DNA of 64,000 nucleotides. Source: an uncultured virus (IMG/VR IMGVR_UViG_3300034284_002793) (Duplodnaviria; Heunggongvirae; Uroviricota; Caudoviricetes). Below the pieces are notes generated by a model, which worked only from the letters and a program-made list of their open reading frames with translations, was not told where the DNA came from and did not search any database. Where the stretch lies: the IMG/VR virus record IMGVR_UViG_3300034284_002793, positions 62,001 through 126,000 of that record; one strand, 5' to 3'. Position 1 is the first letter of the stretch, and each line of letters starts with the position of its first letter. Of the stretch, positions 28,560-39,908 are shown piece by piece. The position numbers and the translations under genes were made by a program.

Positions 28560-29099
28560 TTAGTTAAGATTGAACTCTAGAGGAGCATATCCTTGGTCAT
28601 TTACTGGTCCTAGGAAGCGTCCGATTGCGTTTGCGGCCGTTGCTGCAACAACCTTAAGTGATCCGTCGCCAGCATCAGCGATTGCTGCGCCAGAGCCAAA
28701 TGCTGGTGTTCCAACAATACCACTATAAAGAACAAAGCCCTTTGTTGCAACTGGAGCGGCTTGTCCGCTTACTGTTACATCCATTTCGGCTGCCTTACGT
28801 GGATCATAAATTAATGGGTACCCATTTTCGTCAACTGTGCGAACATCTTTGAGAAGCATTCCGAGAACGCTTGCTTTTGCTGTGCCAGATGGGGCTGCGG
28901 TTACGAGCCAAGGAACATTGAATGTTGCTGAAAGTGTACCATCAACAGATGATAGATTTTCAAGCGTTAGCTCGTCTTTTAGGTTTAGACCAGAACCAAC
29001 AGCGGTAACAAATGTACCTTTGTTGGCTGTTGCTCCGTTATATGAGAAGAACGGAACAATGTCGTATTGATTGATTGCACGTAGAGGTTTGATATTCAT
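28560..29099 (-). CDS. Capsid decoration / cement protein
   Basis: Ala/Gly-rich, LGMLL...GQAAPVATKG; lies between scaffold and MCP. Confidence 0.65.
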   Translation of the reverse strand: MNIKPLRAINQYDIVPFFSYNGATANKGTFVTAVGSGLNLKDELTLENLSSVDGTLSATFNVPWLVTAAPSGTAKASVLGMLLKDVRTVDENGYPLIYDPRKAAEMDVTVSGQAAPVATKGFVLYSGIVGTPAFGSGAAIADAGDGSLKVVAATAANAIGRFLGPVNDQGYAPLEFNLN

Positions 29100-29156
29100 A
29101 GTGTTTTATTTTTTCTTAGTATATATTACAGTTAAATTTTATTTTTTTCCTAAATT

Positions 29157-30749
29157 TTATCTATTTAATTTAATTTTGATGTTATCTCCGCTAAATGCAG
29201 CAGCCATACGATCTTTTAAAGACTCTACTGCACCCGCAGCATTGGCTACATCATTTTTTACAGAAGCTTCGGAAACAGCCTCGGCAACAACTTCTTCTGC
29301 CTTAGCTTCTTCTTTTACTTCTTCGGTTACAACAGTTGTTTCTTCAGCGACAGTTTCTTCGCTTGCTTTGGCCATTTTCATTTTTTCTTCTTCGTTTTTC
29401 ATCATCTTTTCGGCCATTTGTTTTTTATAAGCTTTGCTCTTAGCAGAAGCTAATGTGGAAAATTTCTTGAACCATTTTTGAAAATCTTCTTCGCTAGCAA
29501 TAGCTTTTAGATCTTCAGCAATAATTTCACGATCTTCATCTGCAAGATCATATTCTGAATCGATTGTTGCCATGCGAGCTTGAAATACTTCTTCAGCTTC
29601 TTTAGCGGCGATTTGATTTTTAAGTTCATTTAGAGCTGTTTCTGAATCTTCTTTTGATTTCTTAAGCTCATCTAGTTGTGCTTGCAATTGGGCAATTTGT
29701 TCGCCAAGATTTGTTGCAAGAACTTGCTTTTCATCGGCTTCTTTTTTCCATACTTCAGAATTTTCTGCAATTTTTTCAGCGATAAAGTCAGTTATTGCTG
29801 AAGCTGAAAGTTCTTTCATAGAATCTTCATTAATGTCTTTGATGTCTGTTATTTTCATAATTAAATTAATTGATGCTTCCTGAGTTATTACATTTTCTAA
29901 TTGAATTTTATCACATTTTTTTTCATCCTCTTCAGATCCAACCTTTACAAGTTTTAAATCTACAGAGTCTTCTCCAGAATTGTCTGTTGTAATAATGCCT
30001 TTAACTTCTGCTGCTGGAGTTTCAGTCAATCCAATGCCAAGGCTTAAAATAGTATCGCCTTGCAAGTTTAAATATACTGGATTGCCTTCTTCGTCAGCAC
30101 CATTACCGCCAAATGTTTTCAATCTGGCTTTTAATTCATTAACGGCTTCGCCATCTACAATTTCACACTCTTTAAGATATTTAGATCCTTTAGCAATATT
30201 AAATTCTTTAAATGCAACTTCCCACGAGGCAGAAATTGAACCAAATTTATCTGAAGTAGCATCTCCAGATTCTGATACAACATCGGCAAAGTCAGGATTG
30301 ACTGCCCTCCAAACAATCCCAGACAAAACAACATTAAATACCTTACCTTCTGAAGCAAGTTCGCGCGCAGTTGCTTCAGCTATTGGCTGATCATCAGGAA
30401 AAGAAGAAAATCCATAATCAGTAATACATCCAACTACATTTTTTCTTTCATGCTCGATATTTATATACTTTCCTTTGAAACTTTTAGCAATTGCAATGCC
30501 TTTCTCGCCAGAAATCATATGTCCATTTTTATTGCCAAGATTTGGGGTATAGGCATTAAAAGCTACCCCAAGAATATCGTAACTAGATTCAAAATCAAAA
30601 TCTTTTGGAAGAAGATTTTTTAACTTATCCGCACTTGCTTTGGCAATATATTGTAAATCTTCCTTATCCATAGATACTGCTTTGATTTGAATGCTATCAA
30701 AGCGAATATGGAATGGATACTCTTCTAATTTTTTACTTTTTTTTGCCAT
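29157..30749 (-). CDS. Prohead protease-scaffold fusion
   Basis: NKNG, NIEHER and SASWEV protease-like motifs plus an acidic coiled-coil C-terminal half; start MAKKSK at 30749. Confidence 0.75.
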   Translation of the reverse strand: MAKKSKKLEEYPFHIRFDSIQIKAVSMDKEDLQYIAKASADKLKNLLPKDFDFESSYDILGVAFNAYTPNLGNKNGHMISGEKGIAIAKSFKGKYINIEHERKNVVGCITDYGFSSFPDDQPIAEATARELASEGKVFNVVLSGIVWRAVNPDFADVVSESGDATSDKFGSISASWEVAFKEFNIAKGSKYLKECEIVDGEAVNELKARLKTFGGNGADEEGNPVYLNLQGDTILSLGIGLTETPAAEVKGIITTDNSGEDSVDLKLVKVGSEEDEKKCDKIQLENVITQEASINLIMKITDIKDINEDSMKELSASAITDFIAEKIAENSEVWKKEADEKQVLATNLGEQIAQLQAQLDELKKSKEDSETALNELKNQIAAKEAEEVFQARMATIDSEYDLADEDREIIAEDLKAIASEEDFQKWFKKFSTLASAKSKAYKKQMAEKMMKNEEEKMKMAKASEETVAEETTVVTEEVKEEAKAEEVVAEAVSEASVKNDVANAAGAVESLKDRMAAAFSGDNIKIKLNR

Positions 30750-30750
30750 A

Positions 30751-31053
30751 TTAATTTTGTTGTGTAATTGCACACCAGTATCGACTGCTTCCGCTAGATA
30801 TTGCACGGACCTCTCCCATTGGAGACGTAGAAAAAACTGGAGCGGCATAGCCAGATCCACTCAATACAATATCGTAAAATGGAACGCCTTGATCGATAAA
30901 AAATGGGCTCCTATATTGTAATCTGATAGTTCCAGAAGCATTTCCAAAAGCGCTAAATAAGTTTTCACGACTCCGACCAATTTCTGCCCATTGACCAGTA
31001 AATGGAGCCTGCTGTCCTGTTAAAAGATGTATTGTGTTTAAGAAATCGCTCAT
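30751..31053 (-). CDS. Small virion-associated hypothetical protein
   Basis: Packed ORF with an upstream TGTAAT motif. Confidence 0.55.
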   Translation of the reverse strand: MSDFLNTIHLLTGQQAPFTGQWAEIGRSRENLFSAFGNASGTIRLQYRSPFFIDQGVPFYDIVLSGSGYAAPVFSTSPMGEVRAISSGSSRYWCAITQQN

Positions 31054-31124
31054 AATATTATTTATTTATTACACATTTTAAAAAGAAATTCCAAATTTGG
31101 ACTAAATAAAAATTTTTATAATTA

Positions 31125-31778
31125 TTACCATGTAATCCAATGCGACCAAATTCCACTTCTATTATTGTATGATGCGACTGCAGTTCCAGTTCCCCAAATT
31201 AAATCATTTAGACTACTACCACAATTAGTTCCATCAAATCCAGCACCAATAGACCCACTAGAATTCGACCAAGCGCATGCAAGCTGAGAGGTATTATAAA
31301 TACCATGTCCACCAGGGCTACCAAGCATCACCCTTCTTGGGGAATATCCAGATGTAGCAGTGTCAATCGGGCCAGTAGGGTTATAAAGTATGGGGGTAGT
31401 CCAATACACAGCAGCTCTTATATCAAGAGCGTCTCTTTGAACTAAAAGCCCGCCCATTGGAATATTCAAACCAAGCATATTTGTTGTTGCGATAGATCTA
31501 TATACAGATCTAAAAACACAAACCCAGCCTCTAGATTCATAATAATCTGGCTCAAATTCTAAAAGCACAGCAGAAGACATACTTCCAGATCTAAAAAAGT
31601 ATCTACCACTTCTATATCTTAACTGCATAGCCTCAGATGGGCTAGAAAGAGGCTTGCCGGGCGTGATCCCCTTATTGAATTTATCCATTATTATAAATGG
31701 CTTCATAGAGCCACCTAATGCACCATTATGCAATCCATTATTTAACGAGCCGCTTAGCTTTGCCAATAGACTGCTCAT
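31125..31778 (-). CDS. Hypothetical virion protein
   Basis: Gly/Ser-rich ORF in the head module. Confidence 0.55.
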   Translation of the reverse strand: MSSLLAKLSGSLNNGLHNGALGGSMKPFIIMDKFNKGITPGKPLSSPSEAMQLRYRSGRYFFRSGSMSSAVLLEFEPDYYESRGWVCVFRSVYRSIATTNMLGLNIPMGGLLVQRDALDIRAAVYWTTPILYNPTGPIDTATSGYSPRRVMLGSPGGHGIYNTSQLACAWSNSSGSIGAGFDGTNCGSSLNDLIWGTGTAVASYNNRSGIWSHWITW

Positions 31779-31783
31779 ATAGT

Positions 31784-32239
31784 TTAATAATTTTCAGCAA
31801 TAACAGTAACTGTAATCTGGCCATTAAGACCCAAATTATTCATATATCTTGCAACTAACTGGGCTCCTGATTCAACAGGATAATATCTTTTGCCAGCACT
31901 GTCTATTGGATATGCCGGAGATCCACTAGCAGAAAGAACATCTATTGGCGGTGTTGCTCCAGAGCCTGCCATTGGCGGAATACTAAGGGTTGTAAATGGA
32001 TGTATTGCTGTTGGCTCATTTCTATTTGCGCCAGAAATAGCAAACTGCATCGGTATTGTCAATGCAGCAGGAGCGACGGCACCAGTTACTGTAGCGATAA
32101 CGTTTATTGATTTAACCAAACTGTCATCATTACCAGCTGTAAAAATAGTTTTATAAATTCCACTTTCTCCAAAAGCAGTAAATGTCTGTCCAGCGTTTAT
32201 TATTTCTTTAGTTAAAAAAAGTGATGTTTGTTTTGCCAT
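31784..32239 (-). CDS. Hypothetical virion protein
   Basis: Beta-sandwich-like ORF ending ..VIAENY. Confidence 0.55.
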   Translation of the reverse strand: MAKQTSLFLTKEIINAGQTFTAFGESGIYKTIFTAGNDDSLVKSINVIATVTGAVAPAALTIPMQFAISGANRNEPTAIHPFTTLSIPPMAGSGATPPIDVLSASGSPAYPIDSAGKRYYPVESGAQLVARYMNNLGLNGQITVTVIAENY

Positions 32240-32256
32240 ATTATATAATCCTTACA

Positions 32257-33696
32257 TTAAATATATCTTAAAATAACTAAATTTCTAATAGTTTCATTTT
32301 CTGCTTGTTGCGCTGCTTCTTGCTCTGGGGTTATTGTAACTAATCTACCACTATTAATATTCAATGTTTTTGTATTATTGCTGTAATATAATCTACCCTC
32401 TTGGTACGGAATATTCGTGTCAGAGTTCGGAATAAAATCAATTGTATTAAAATTTCCACTCGTATATTTGACTGTTATGGTTTGTGATGGGTAACCATCT
32501 TTGCTAATCTCTATTCCGCTTACGCCATCTATATTCACTGCACCATATGAATTATTTAAACTTGTAATTCCAGAATTTCCTGCCTCAATAAGTCCTGTCA
32601 AAAATCCAGAAAGATTATCTAAATATCCTGATATAATTTGAATACCAGTATTCAATGTAGAAGTTGCTTGTCCAGAAAAAATATCAAAAATATCTTTTGT
32701 TACTACATTTTTAACATAATTTGCTGAAGCAATTGCGCGACCCCCAAGAACAATATGTAAATTTGTAAGATTATTTAGCCCCCTATAGATATCTATTCCA
32801 ACAATTTGTCTTGGTAAAATATATTTATCTTGACCTATTAAATTAAAAGACGCAAATGTGCCAGTCGGCATTGTAAAATTTGTTATTGTTGTTCGCGTAT
32901 TAGATTTTGGATCACGATAATAAAATCTACCACTAAGCGGCTGCTGAATTGTTAATGGATCGCCATTTCCAATCGTACTAGATCCAGTTGATGCCGAATA
33001 AACACCCCATCTTGTAGCTATAAATTCATTTGGCAAATAATATTCCAGAACGGTTTCTCCAGTTATAGATCCATATTCCAAGAAAAAAGAAATGGCAGAA
33101 TCTCCACTACTCATTATTACGCCATCGCTTACATTGGCTTCATTTATATCGTTATATCTCCCTCTTAAAGAAACTATTAAGTCTTCTGCCCCAGACAATC
33201 CAGAATATATATTCCATCCAATAATCGTATCACCGCTAATTGTAGTTTCTGGAATTACTCCAAAATTAAAAAACTCACCAGAATTTATCCAAAACGAAGT
33301 AACTGTTGTTTTGCTATTTGGATCGGTCAAACTTCTAGTATAAAAATCTCCAGTAAGTGGGCCAAATAATAGTTGACTTGGATTTGACGGATTTACATGC
33401 GTTGGTCCAAGACCACTTCTTCCTAAAGAAACGCTCCATCCAGTAACAATATATGATGATGCTGTATATTCCTCATATAATGACATTCCAGTATATGGAA
33501 AAGATGCAAAATAACTTGGGGGCTGTAGGCCTATTTCGTATGGCAATACAATAAATGGATTTGCTCCAGGCACAGCCAATGGCCTTCCATCAATAAGTAA
33601 AGTTTCTTTCCAATCATCAACTGTCACATGGCTGCCGCTCATAAAAATAGAGGCAACATTCAGATGTGAACTAGATGTTTTAATTCTATTTTTCAT
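32257..33696 (-). CDS. Fibre-like virion protein
   Basis: Two tandem ~140-aa repeats also seen in the 48447 gene; ITSLNNSYGAV fibre repeat; YQEGRLYY. Confidence 0.55.
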   Translation of the reverse strand: MKNRIKTSSSHLNVASIFMSGSHVTVDDWKETLLIDGRPLAVPGANPFIVLPYEIGLQPPSYFASFPYTGMSLYEEYTASSYIVTGWSVSLGRSGLGPTHVNPSNPSQLLFGPLTGDFYTRSLTDPNSKTTVTSFWINSGEFFNFGVIPETTISGDTIIGWNIYSGLSGAEDLIVSLRGRYNDINEANVSDGVIMSSGDSAISFFLEYGSITGETVLEYYLPNEFIATRWGVYSASTGSSTIGNGDPLTIQQPLSGRFYYRDPKSNTRTTITNFTMPTGTFASFNLIGQDKYILPRQIVGIDIYRGLNNLTNLHIVLGGRAIASANYVKNVVTKDIFDIFSGQATSTLNTGIQIISGYLDNLSGFLTGLIEAGNSGITSLNNSYGAVNIDGVSGIEISKDGYPSQTITVKYTSGNFNTIDFIPNSDTNIPYQEGRLYYSNNTKTLNINSGRLVTITPEQEAAQQAENETIRNLVILRYI

Positions 33697-35132
33697 TATT
33701 CAATATATGGAGAAACGCTAAAATTTGTGAAATTTAAGTTTGCAGTGAAAATAACATCATGAACGCCATCCAGACCATCCCCAGGATCATTTCCAGAATA
33801 TCCACTTGCCCATACATACAATCTTTCATCGTTTCCTCCGCTCAAAAAAATGTTATATTTATTTGTGCCACCAAAAAGATCTGATTCGTCTTTTATATCA
33901 ATTTGTAAATTTGTTGCACGTTGAGCCATGAAATATTTTTTACCATATATTCCAAAATTTTTTGCATCAAAACTTGCATCAAAATCTGTAATATCATACC
34001 TAACGGCCATATAATTTATCTCGCCAAATAAAATTGTTCCCGTTTGAAGAAAAATTCCAGAATATGAAGTTTTTGGAACTTTCAAGGTTTTCATAATTTC
34101 CTTTCCAGATAAGAAAGCTTTCATATGCATATTTGTAGTAAATGTATTATCTACAGACCCACCAAAAGCAACAGCATATGGGTGTTTAAATGTTTGATTG
34201 TTAAAAATTCCATTTATTAATGAAGACCCTGTTACATTAACAAAATTACTTCCAGTATTATTTACAAAAGTCGAAAAACTATTTTGTAAATATCTAGAAT
34301 CAACTGAATTAAAAGTATTTATGCCAGTATTTCCCTGCAACCTATTGCGATCTCCATCAATTAAACATGATGTATTTTGATTAATTATATTCTCGTTGCC
34401 AATATAATTAATATTTAAATTATTACCTGCAAAAAACTGATTAACGCCCCAGCCTCTACCCGTATATCCAACAAAAATACTGTTTAATCCAGTAACGGTG
34501 TTTAGATTAATATCTGAAGTTCCAATCAAAGAAACTGGATTTCCTTGAAGTCCATTTATTGAATTTACCCCAGAAAATGCTGCTTGACCTGCATCAATAA
34601 AAATTGATTGGCCTGTAACAGTAACTTGAGCGCCATTTCTGCCAATTAAAGATATGTTACCAGTGGCATTGTTTAATTTTCCTATACCAGAATTACGAAT
34701 TGTTAATAAAGTTTTATTAGAATTATATACTGTTTCTATACTATTTGCCCCAGTAATAGAAATCCCACTAATGGCCAATGTGGATAAATTAATTGGCCAA
34801 ACATCAACATTTCCATATCCAGAAATATTCTGAAAGCTAAATCCTCCTCCAGCACCGCCAGAAGATCCAATATAAATTGTGTTTCCGCTTACTCTCGTAT
34901 AAATTCCGCTTACTCCAGTGACAGAAACATTTCCAGCCAATCCGCCCAAAGATTGAACAAAATTTCCATTTTCGCCATTTAGTGCGAAAAATAACGTATT
35001 TCCAATAGGAACAGATTTTAATCCAGAAACTCCACTTAAATTGCTATAATTTGGATATAAAGGATCTCCGTATGTTTTAACTAAGCCAGAAATATCTGGG
35101 TGAAGTTGTGAAGCGCGAATTAATGTTCTCAT
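33696..35132 (-). CDS. Fibre-like virion protein
   Basis: Repeats [22 protein letters not shown] and [11 protein letters not shown]. Confidence 0.6.
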   Translation of the reverse strand: MRTLIRASQLHPDISGLVKTYGDPLYPNYSNLSGVSGLKSVPIGNTLFFALNGENGNFVQSLGGLAGNVSVTGVSGIYTRVSGNTIYIGSSGGAGGGFSFQNISGYGNVDVWPINLSTLAISGISITGANSIETVYNSNKTLLTIRNSGIGKLNNATGNISLIGRNGAQVTVTGQSIFIDAGQAAFSGVNSINGLQGNPVSLIGTSDINLNTVTGLNSIFVGYTGRGWGVNQFFAGNNLNINYIGNENIINQNTSCLIDGDRNRLQGNTGINTFNSVDSRYLQNSFSTFVNNTGSNFVNVTGSSLINGIFNNQTFKHPYAVAFGGSVDNTFTTNMHMKAFLSGKEIMKTLKVPKTSYSGIFLQTGTILFGEINYMAVRYDITDFDASFDAKNFGIYGKKYFMAQRATNLQIDIKDESDLFGGTNKYNIFLSGGNDERLYVWASGYSGNDPGDGLDGVHDVIFTANLNFTNFSVSPYIE

Positions 35133-37024
35133 TTTTTAGCGTGATAAAGAATTGCAGCTTCGTCTTGTCCAATTTCGTGATGTGCAGCAATATCAAAAAT
35201 TTCTTTTGAAATATTATTTTTTGTCACATCTTGAACTGGATTTTCAATATATTGATTGGCTTTATTTTTCCATTCAGATTTTTCTTCTGAAGAAATAATT
35301 ATATTAGCTATATCAGAAGATATTTTTTTCTGTGATTGGTTTAATTTTTTAATTTTATATTTCTTCTTTAGCGTTTCAGAAATTAAATTTTCTAATTCAT
35401 CTTTTTCTTTTAATACAGAGGCGATAAGAGTAGTACTAAATTTGTAAGACGCAACAGATCTCTGACCAGCTGGAGTAATTTTTTGCGTTGTTTGTTTTGT
35501 CGATATACCCGATGGCCTTCCAGATTGTTCTACGCCCTGCTTTGGATTTAATAATGGTGCATAAAATCCTTGCTCTTTTTCTGAAATCATTTCCTTTTGA
35601 GACTCTTCAAGCTCGTAAGGCTCTGGCAATACATTAGTATTAATTGCAGATATTGCATCTTTTGGGGAAATTGCTCCAAGCTCAAGAAGTCTAGTATATA
35701 CCCTAGAAAGCACAGCCGAATCATTTCTAAAATTATGTGTTTTCCATTTTGGAACAGGAACAGACTTAAAATTCATAGTTTTTGCTATATCACGAATTTG
35801 TGGCTCTAAAAATTTATTCATGAATTCGTGTCTTGCAAATTCAAGTCTTTTAAAGAAAGCATCCATTTTGGCGCTAGCATTTGCATATTTATCATCGCCA
35901 AAAATAATATTATTTAAGCCAAGTCGAATATCTCTATCTACAATTTCGTATTTTTTTGGATCAAGAATATCGCCAATTTGTGGAATTACGAATTGTGCTT
36001 TTGTTGTATAATCCGCTATTAAAACTCTTCCAACGCTACCATTTTCAAAAATTTTACGAAGCACTTCCTGGCTTTTTTGGCTTGGTGGCCCAAGCTGTTC
36101 ATCGCCTTGAGTAATTAATAATACAGCTTGTTGAATTGTTCTAGAAATAGCCATATCAACCTTTTTAAGCTCAAGCTTCCAGTTTATATCCTCTAATACA
36201 GGGAATCCCATCGGAACAGCCAATGGCTCATAATCCTGCTTTTTATAAAAAATACTAACAAGACGCTCAGAGTCCAAAGAAATTTCCAAAGACTGATTTC
36301 CATTTTTTATATTTCTAAGCTCTGGTATTGTAGATGCTATTTTCTTATCTTCTTCATTGCTTGGTCTTAATAGGGCACCAATCTCAAAAGAATTTAGTCT
36401 TTTTCTATATATTGGCGCAGTAAAGCTAGAAGAAGCTAATACTTGTATATCATATGGATTTAATATAATATATTTAAGTGGCACCTTCAATGCAGCTTCC
36501 GCAATATTCATTTGTTGAAGTTTTCGCAAACTTTCTCTTGGAAATTCTCCAAATAGTTTATATACAAAAACATTTCCACTACGAAAATATTCTCGAAAAA
36601 ACATATCGGTTAACTGCCACAAATTAATTTTTTCAGCCCAAATATTAAAAAAGTTTCTTGACTCTTTGTTTCCGCCAGAAAATGTAATTTCTGAGATTGC
36701 AAATTCTGTCATTAAGTCAATTGTGTTTCTAAAAATTGGCACATTCCAATATGCCTTTTGACACAATAAAATAGTATCTTGCAATGAGATATTTGTAGCA
36801 TATCTACTGCTATTTTTTTCATATAAAAATGGAGCAACGCCAGCTTCAAGATTAGCAAATCTTTGAATTCTGGTTATGCTACCAGCAGAATTTGACCTTG
36901 AGCCTCTCTCTGGAGTCGTATCGCAAGAGCCAATTAGCTTATCATAATCATCCAAGCTAGCTGTTAATGGCTCCGAAATCTCCCTTTTGCTCTTTTTAGA
37001 CCTTGTACCTTTTTTAGATATCAT
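35129..37024 (-). CDS. Portal protein
   Basis: 631 aa directly after Ter[19 protein letters not shown] and YFRSGNVF. Confidence 0.8.
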   Translation of the reverse strand: MISKKGTRSKKSKREISEPLTASLDDYDKLIGSCDTTPERGSRSNSAGSITRIQRFANLEAGVAPFLYEKNSSRYATNISLQDTILLCQKAYWNVPIFRNTIDLMTEFAISEITFSGGNKESRNFFNIWAEKINLWQLTDMFFREYFRSGNVFVYKLFGEFPRESLRKLQQMNIAEAALKVPLKYIILNPYDIQVLASSSFTAPIYRKRLNSFEIGALLRPSNEEDKKIASTIPELRNIKNGNQSLEISLDSERLVSIFYKKQDYEPLAVPMGFPVLEDINWKLELKKVDMAISRTIQQAVLLITQGDEQLGPPSQKSQEVLRKIFENGSVGRVLIADYTTKAQFVIPQIGDILDPKKYEIVDRDIRLGLNNIIFGDDKYANASAKMDAFFKRLEFARHEFMNKFLEPQIRDIAKTMNFKSVPVPKWKTHNFRNDSAVLSRVYTRLLELGAISPKDAISAINTNVLPEPYELEESQKEMISEKEQGFYAPLLNPKQGVEQSGRPSGISTKQTTQKITPAGQRSVASYKFSTTLIASVLKEKDELENLISETLKKKYKIKKLNQSQKKISSDIANIIISSEEKSEWKNKANQYIENPVQDVTKNNISKEIFDIAAHHEIGQDEAAILYHAKK

Positions 37025-37080
37025 ATGCAGTTATTTATTACAGTAATGTATTCTGAAATTCATTTTATTTAAAAATTAAA

Positions 37081-38985
37081 TTAAATTAGAGTTGGTATAA
37101 ACTGTTCTCTTTTAATTTGAACATGGGTTTTGATTAATTCAAAATAACACTTTACGCCCCAGTTTCCTAATAATAGGGTGCTATAGTTATCTTTTCTAGG
37201 TTTATTATTTGCCGTTGAAGTTCTGGCCGATCTTGGAAGGTCAAAGCTTTGATGACCTCTGGAGGTTGATGTTACCTCAATATTTGCACACTGTTCTTTT
37301 GTTGAAATAATAATATCATCCTGAAGTTCAATAAATTCTCTTATTGATAATTTTCTATTATCTTCTTTAGAGTCGCCCTCTATAACGCCAGATCCATGAG
37401 GAAATACTAATTTTAATGGAATTCTTAAATTAAACATATAAGACATATATTCTGGATGATTGCTCGCGCGAGAAGCAAACCATATTTTTTTATGATCAAT
37501 GCATGACTGCAAATAAGAATTAGATCTCATAATCCAATCCGTGCTTGGCGTTTGTCTAATGCACATGCATCCCATGTCTGGACTATATTGTTTTTTTGCT
37601 TTAATAAGCATATCCACTTGATCCTGACCATCTTTAGTAGAATCCCATTCTGTTATATATGTTATTTTCTTATTTGCACCTTTAAACAATTCGCTTTCAT
37701 TGCATGCATCAATTATTGTATCTATGTTTGAAGAGTCTGCTATAATTAAAACCGTATTAAAATGCGTTAATACATAATAGATATATTTTATGTGGTCCTG
37801 TAAATCTGCGCCAATTCTTTGATAGCCATGTACCAAAACCCCTTCTTCTTTTTCTTCATCAATCTCTATAACCGACATTGCAAAAAAGTCTGATGATGCA
37901 CTTTTTGAATAATTTGGGTCAATTGATAATATATATTTTTTTAAAGGATCACCAGTAACTTTAGAATGTGGATATTCACCATCTGGAATGGTACATTCAT
38001 TCATTTTACGCATGGAAAAATATCCATCGCCACCATCACGAAATTGTGCGCCATATTCGCGTTGAAATGAATCTTCTGATATACTTGCTCTTTGTGACTG
38101 AATAAACTCTCGGTTTAATATGGTTGCTGGTATAGCTTCCCATCCCATTTGTGATATAAAATAAGTTGGCCTTTCCTCTTCCTTATTATTCATCGTCAAA
38201 ATATCTGGACGTTCTACAAAATCATTCCAGTCAGAGTACATTTTATATAAATGCTGAAATTGATAAGATGCAGATGACAAGCAAATCATTTGCGCGGCAT
38301 TTTCAAAAATCATTTTATTATTAGGATGTAATGTGCCAGCTTTAATTAGCTCGTCCTCTAATTTTCTAACTTTAATTCTAAACGCAGCATCTCTTGGTGA
38401 AGACAGGAATGGTGCTAATACATCATTAATCATCTGTGGAGATAATAGCAAAACCTCATCAAGGATAAGAACGTCACAGCGCATACCTCGCGTATCTTCA
38501 GAAAGTGGAATGGCGCATATATATCCACCATTAACGTCCCATTGAAATTTATCGTTTCTTAAATATGGTTTTTTGTCAAAGCATGATCTTGCAAGCTGAG
38601 CTTCTTCTGTGTTTAATAGCCTTACAATTTCTTCAAAAATTCTACGGCTTGTTCTAAAATTCGCTGAAGCAATAACAATTCTAGTACCAGGCTCAAATAT
38701 GCATTTTAATATACAATACCAACCAGCTAAAGTAGATTTCCCACCACCACGACTAAAAATAAGCATGCAATTATTCTTTTCAAACATTGCATTTATATGC
38801 ATAACCTGCATAGGCTCCATATTAATACCAAGAATTAATTGTGATGTAAATCCAATATTATGGCGCAAAAATTTTGCTAAAGTTATTTTAGCCGTTCTAT
38901 CATCAAGCTCTCCATGAAGATTTAGCAGTTCTTTATTTACATCTGCTATATCTTTTACTGGTTGATTTCCTGCCCAAATTGCCAT
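37081..38985 (-). CDS. terL: Terminase large subunit
   Basis: Walker A SRGGGKS, RGMRCDVLILDE (Walker B), LSSA, FQREYGAQF and RNase H-like SIDPN...KDNYS. Confidence 0.93.
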   Translation of the reverse strand: MAIWAGNQPVKDIADVNKELLNLHGELDDRTAKITLAKFLRHNIGFTSQLILGINMEPMQVMHINAMFEKNNCMLIFSRGGGKSTLAGWYCILKCIFEPGTRIVIASANFRTSRRIFEEIVRLLNTEEAQLARSCFDKKPYLRNDKFQWDVNGGYICAIPLSEDTRGMRCDVLILDEVLLLSPQMINDVLAPFLSSPRDAAFRIKVRKLEDELIKAGTLHPNNKMIFENAAQMICLSSASYQFQHLYKMYSDWNDFVERPDILTMNNKEEERPTYFISQMGWEAIPATILNREFIQSQRASISEDSFQREYGAQFRDGGDGYFSMRKMNECTIPDGEYPHSKVTGDPLKKYILSIDPNYSKSASSDFFAMSVIEIDEEKEEGVLVHGYQRIGADLQDHIKYIYYVLTHFNTVLIIADSSNIDTIIDACNESELFKGANKKITYITEWDSTKDGQDQVDMLIKAKKQYSPDMGCMCIRQTPSTDWIMRSNSYLQSCIDHKKIWFASRASNHPEYMSYMFNLRIPLKLVFPHGSGVIEGDSKEDNRKLSIREFIELQDDIIISTKEQCANIEVTSTSRGHQSFDLPRSARTSTANNKPRKDNYSTLLLGNWGVKCYFELIKTHVQIKREQFIPTLI

Positions 38986-38986
38986 A

Positions 38987-39907
38987 CTATATTATTTCTT
39001 TTTCAATGCAATATTGCAAATCTATTTTTTTAACTTCATCACCAAGGCCTAAAATTTTTAAAATTAAATCAGTCATATGCTTTCTGCCATCACAATATAC
39101 AATTTGAAAACATTCATATTTTTTATATAAATCTCTAACCCGATGAAATATATACTCTGGGCTTGTTGCAAACCACCGTTTTTTATTATAGGCCAAAGAG
39201 CTATATGATGCTTCGACCATTATAATAATATATCCATTATTATTTTGCGCTCTTAACAGTTCCCTTTCAAACCTTTCAAGGTTGGCACCAAAAGTTCCAA
39301 AAAAATCACTGAAACTTTTACGCTCAATAACAATTCTTGAAGCTGGAGATAATGCATAGTCGCCATAATCAAGCGCAACATTTACTTTTCTCAAATCTTT
39401 TGCAAATTTTAAAGGTCTTTTTTCGCGGGTGTCAATTACTATTTGCTTTGCAGGTTTTGAATTAGTAGCTCGTATATCTAAATTATAATAATCATATTTA
39501 GACTCTTTATTGCTTTTGATACATATTTCATTATAGTTAGCCGAGCATAATTTTTCTATAAACCTAATTGATGGTAAACAGCTTACTGTTTGTACAAAAA
39601 ATTCTGGTGGTGCATTTTTTAAATTTTTAATATCACAGTATTTTTTAATTTTTCCAGATATATAATCTAAAGCTTTTTCTTTACCAACTTTAGCAAGCCA
39701 AGATTTCATAGAAATTTTATCTTCAAAATCTGAAAGAAAATACTGCTCTACTGATTTGAAATGTATTTTTTTCTTGTTTGATAGGTCATGTCTGGGATAA
39801 AATTGTTCGAAATATCTTTTTTGAGATATCTTGTGTTGCTTTAAATGTTTTGAAAGCTCTATCACGCCACTAAATTTTTTAGTGCAAAATTCACATTTAA
39901 GTTCCAT
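38987..39907 (-). CDS. C2H2 zinc finger + ERCC4/XPF-type nuclease
   Basis: CEFC...HLKQH; IDTRE, GDY and IERKS ERCC4 motifs. Confidence 0.85.
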   Translation of the reverse strand: MELKCEFCTKKFSGVIELSKHLKQHKISQKRYFEQFYPRHDLSNKKKIHFKSVEQYFLSDFEDKISMKSWLAKVGKEKALDYISGKIKKYCDIKNLKNAPPEFFVQTVSCLPSIRFIEKLCSANYNEICIKSNKESKYDYYNLDIRATNSKPAKQIVIDTREKRPLKFAKDLRKVNVALDYGDYALSPASRIVIERKSFSDFFGTFGANLERFERELLRAQNNNGYIIIMVEASYSSLAYNKKRWFATSPEYIFHRVRDLYKKYECFQIVYCDGRKHMTDLILKILGLGDEVKKIDLQYCIEKEII

Positions 39908-39908
39908 A

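Noticed and set aside
16241..30921. Plus-strand ORFs overlapping TMP, tube, capsid and protease genes
   Set aside because: Antisense shadows of clear structural genes with no recognisable motifs
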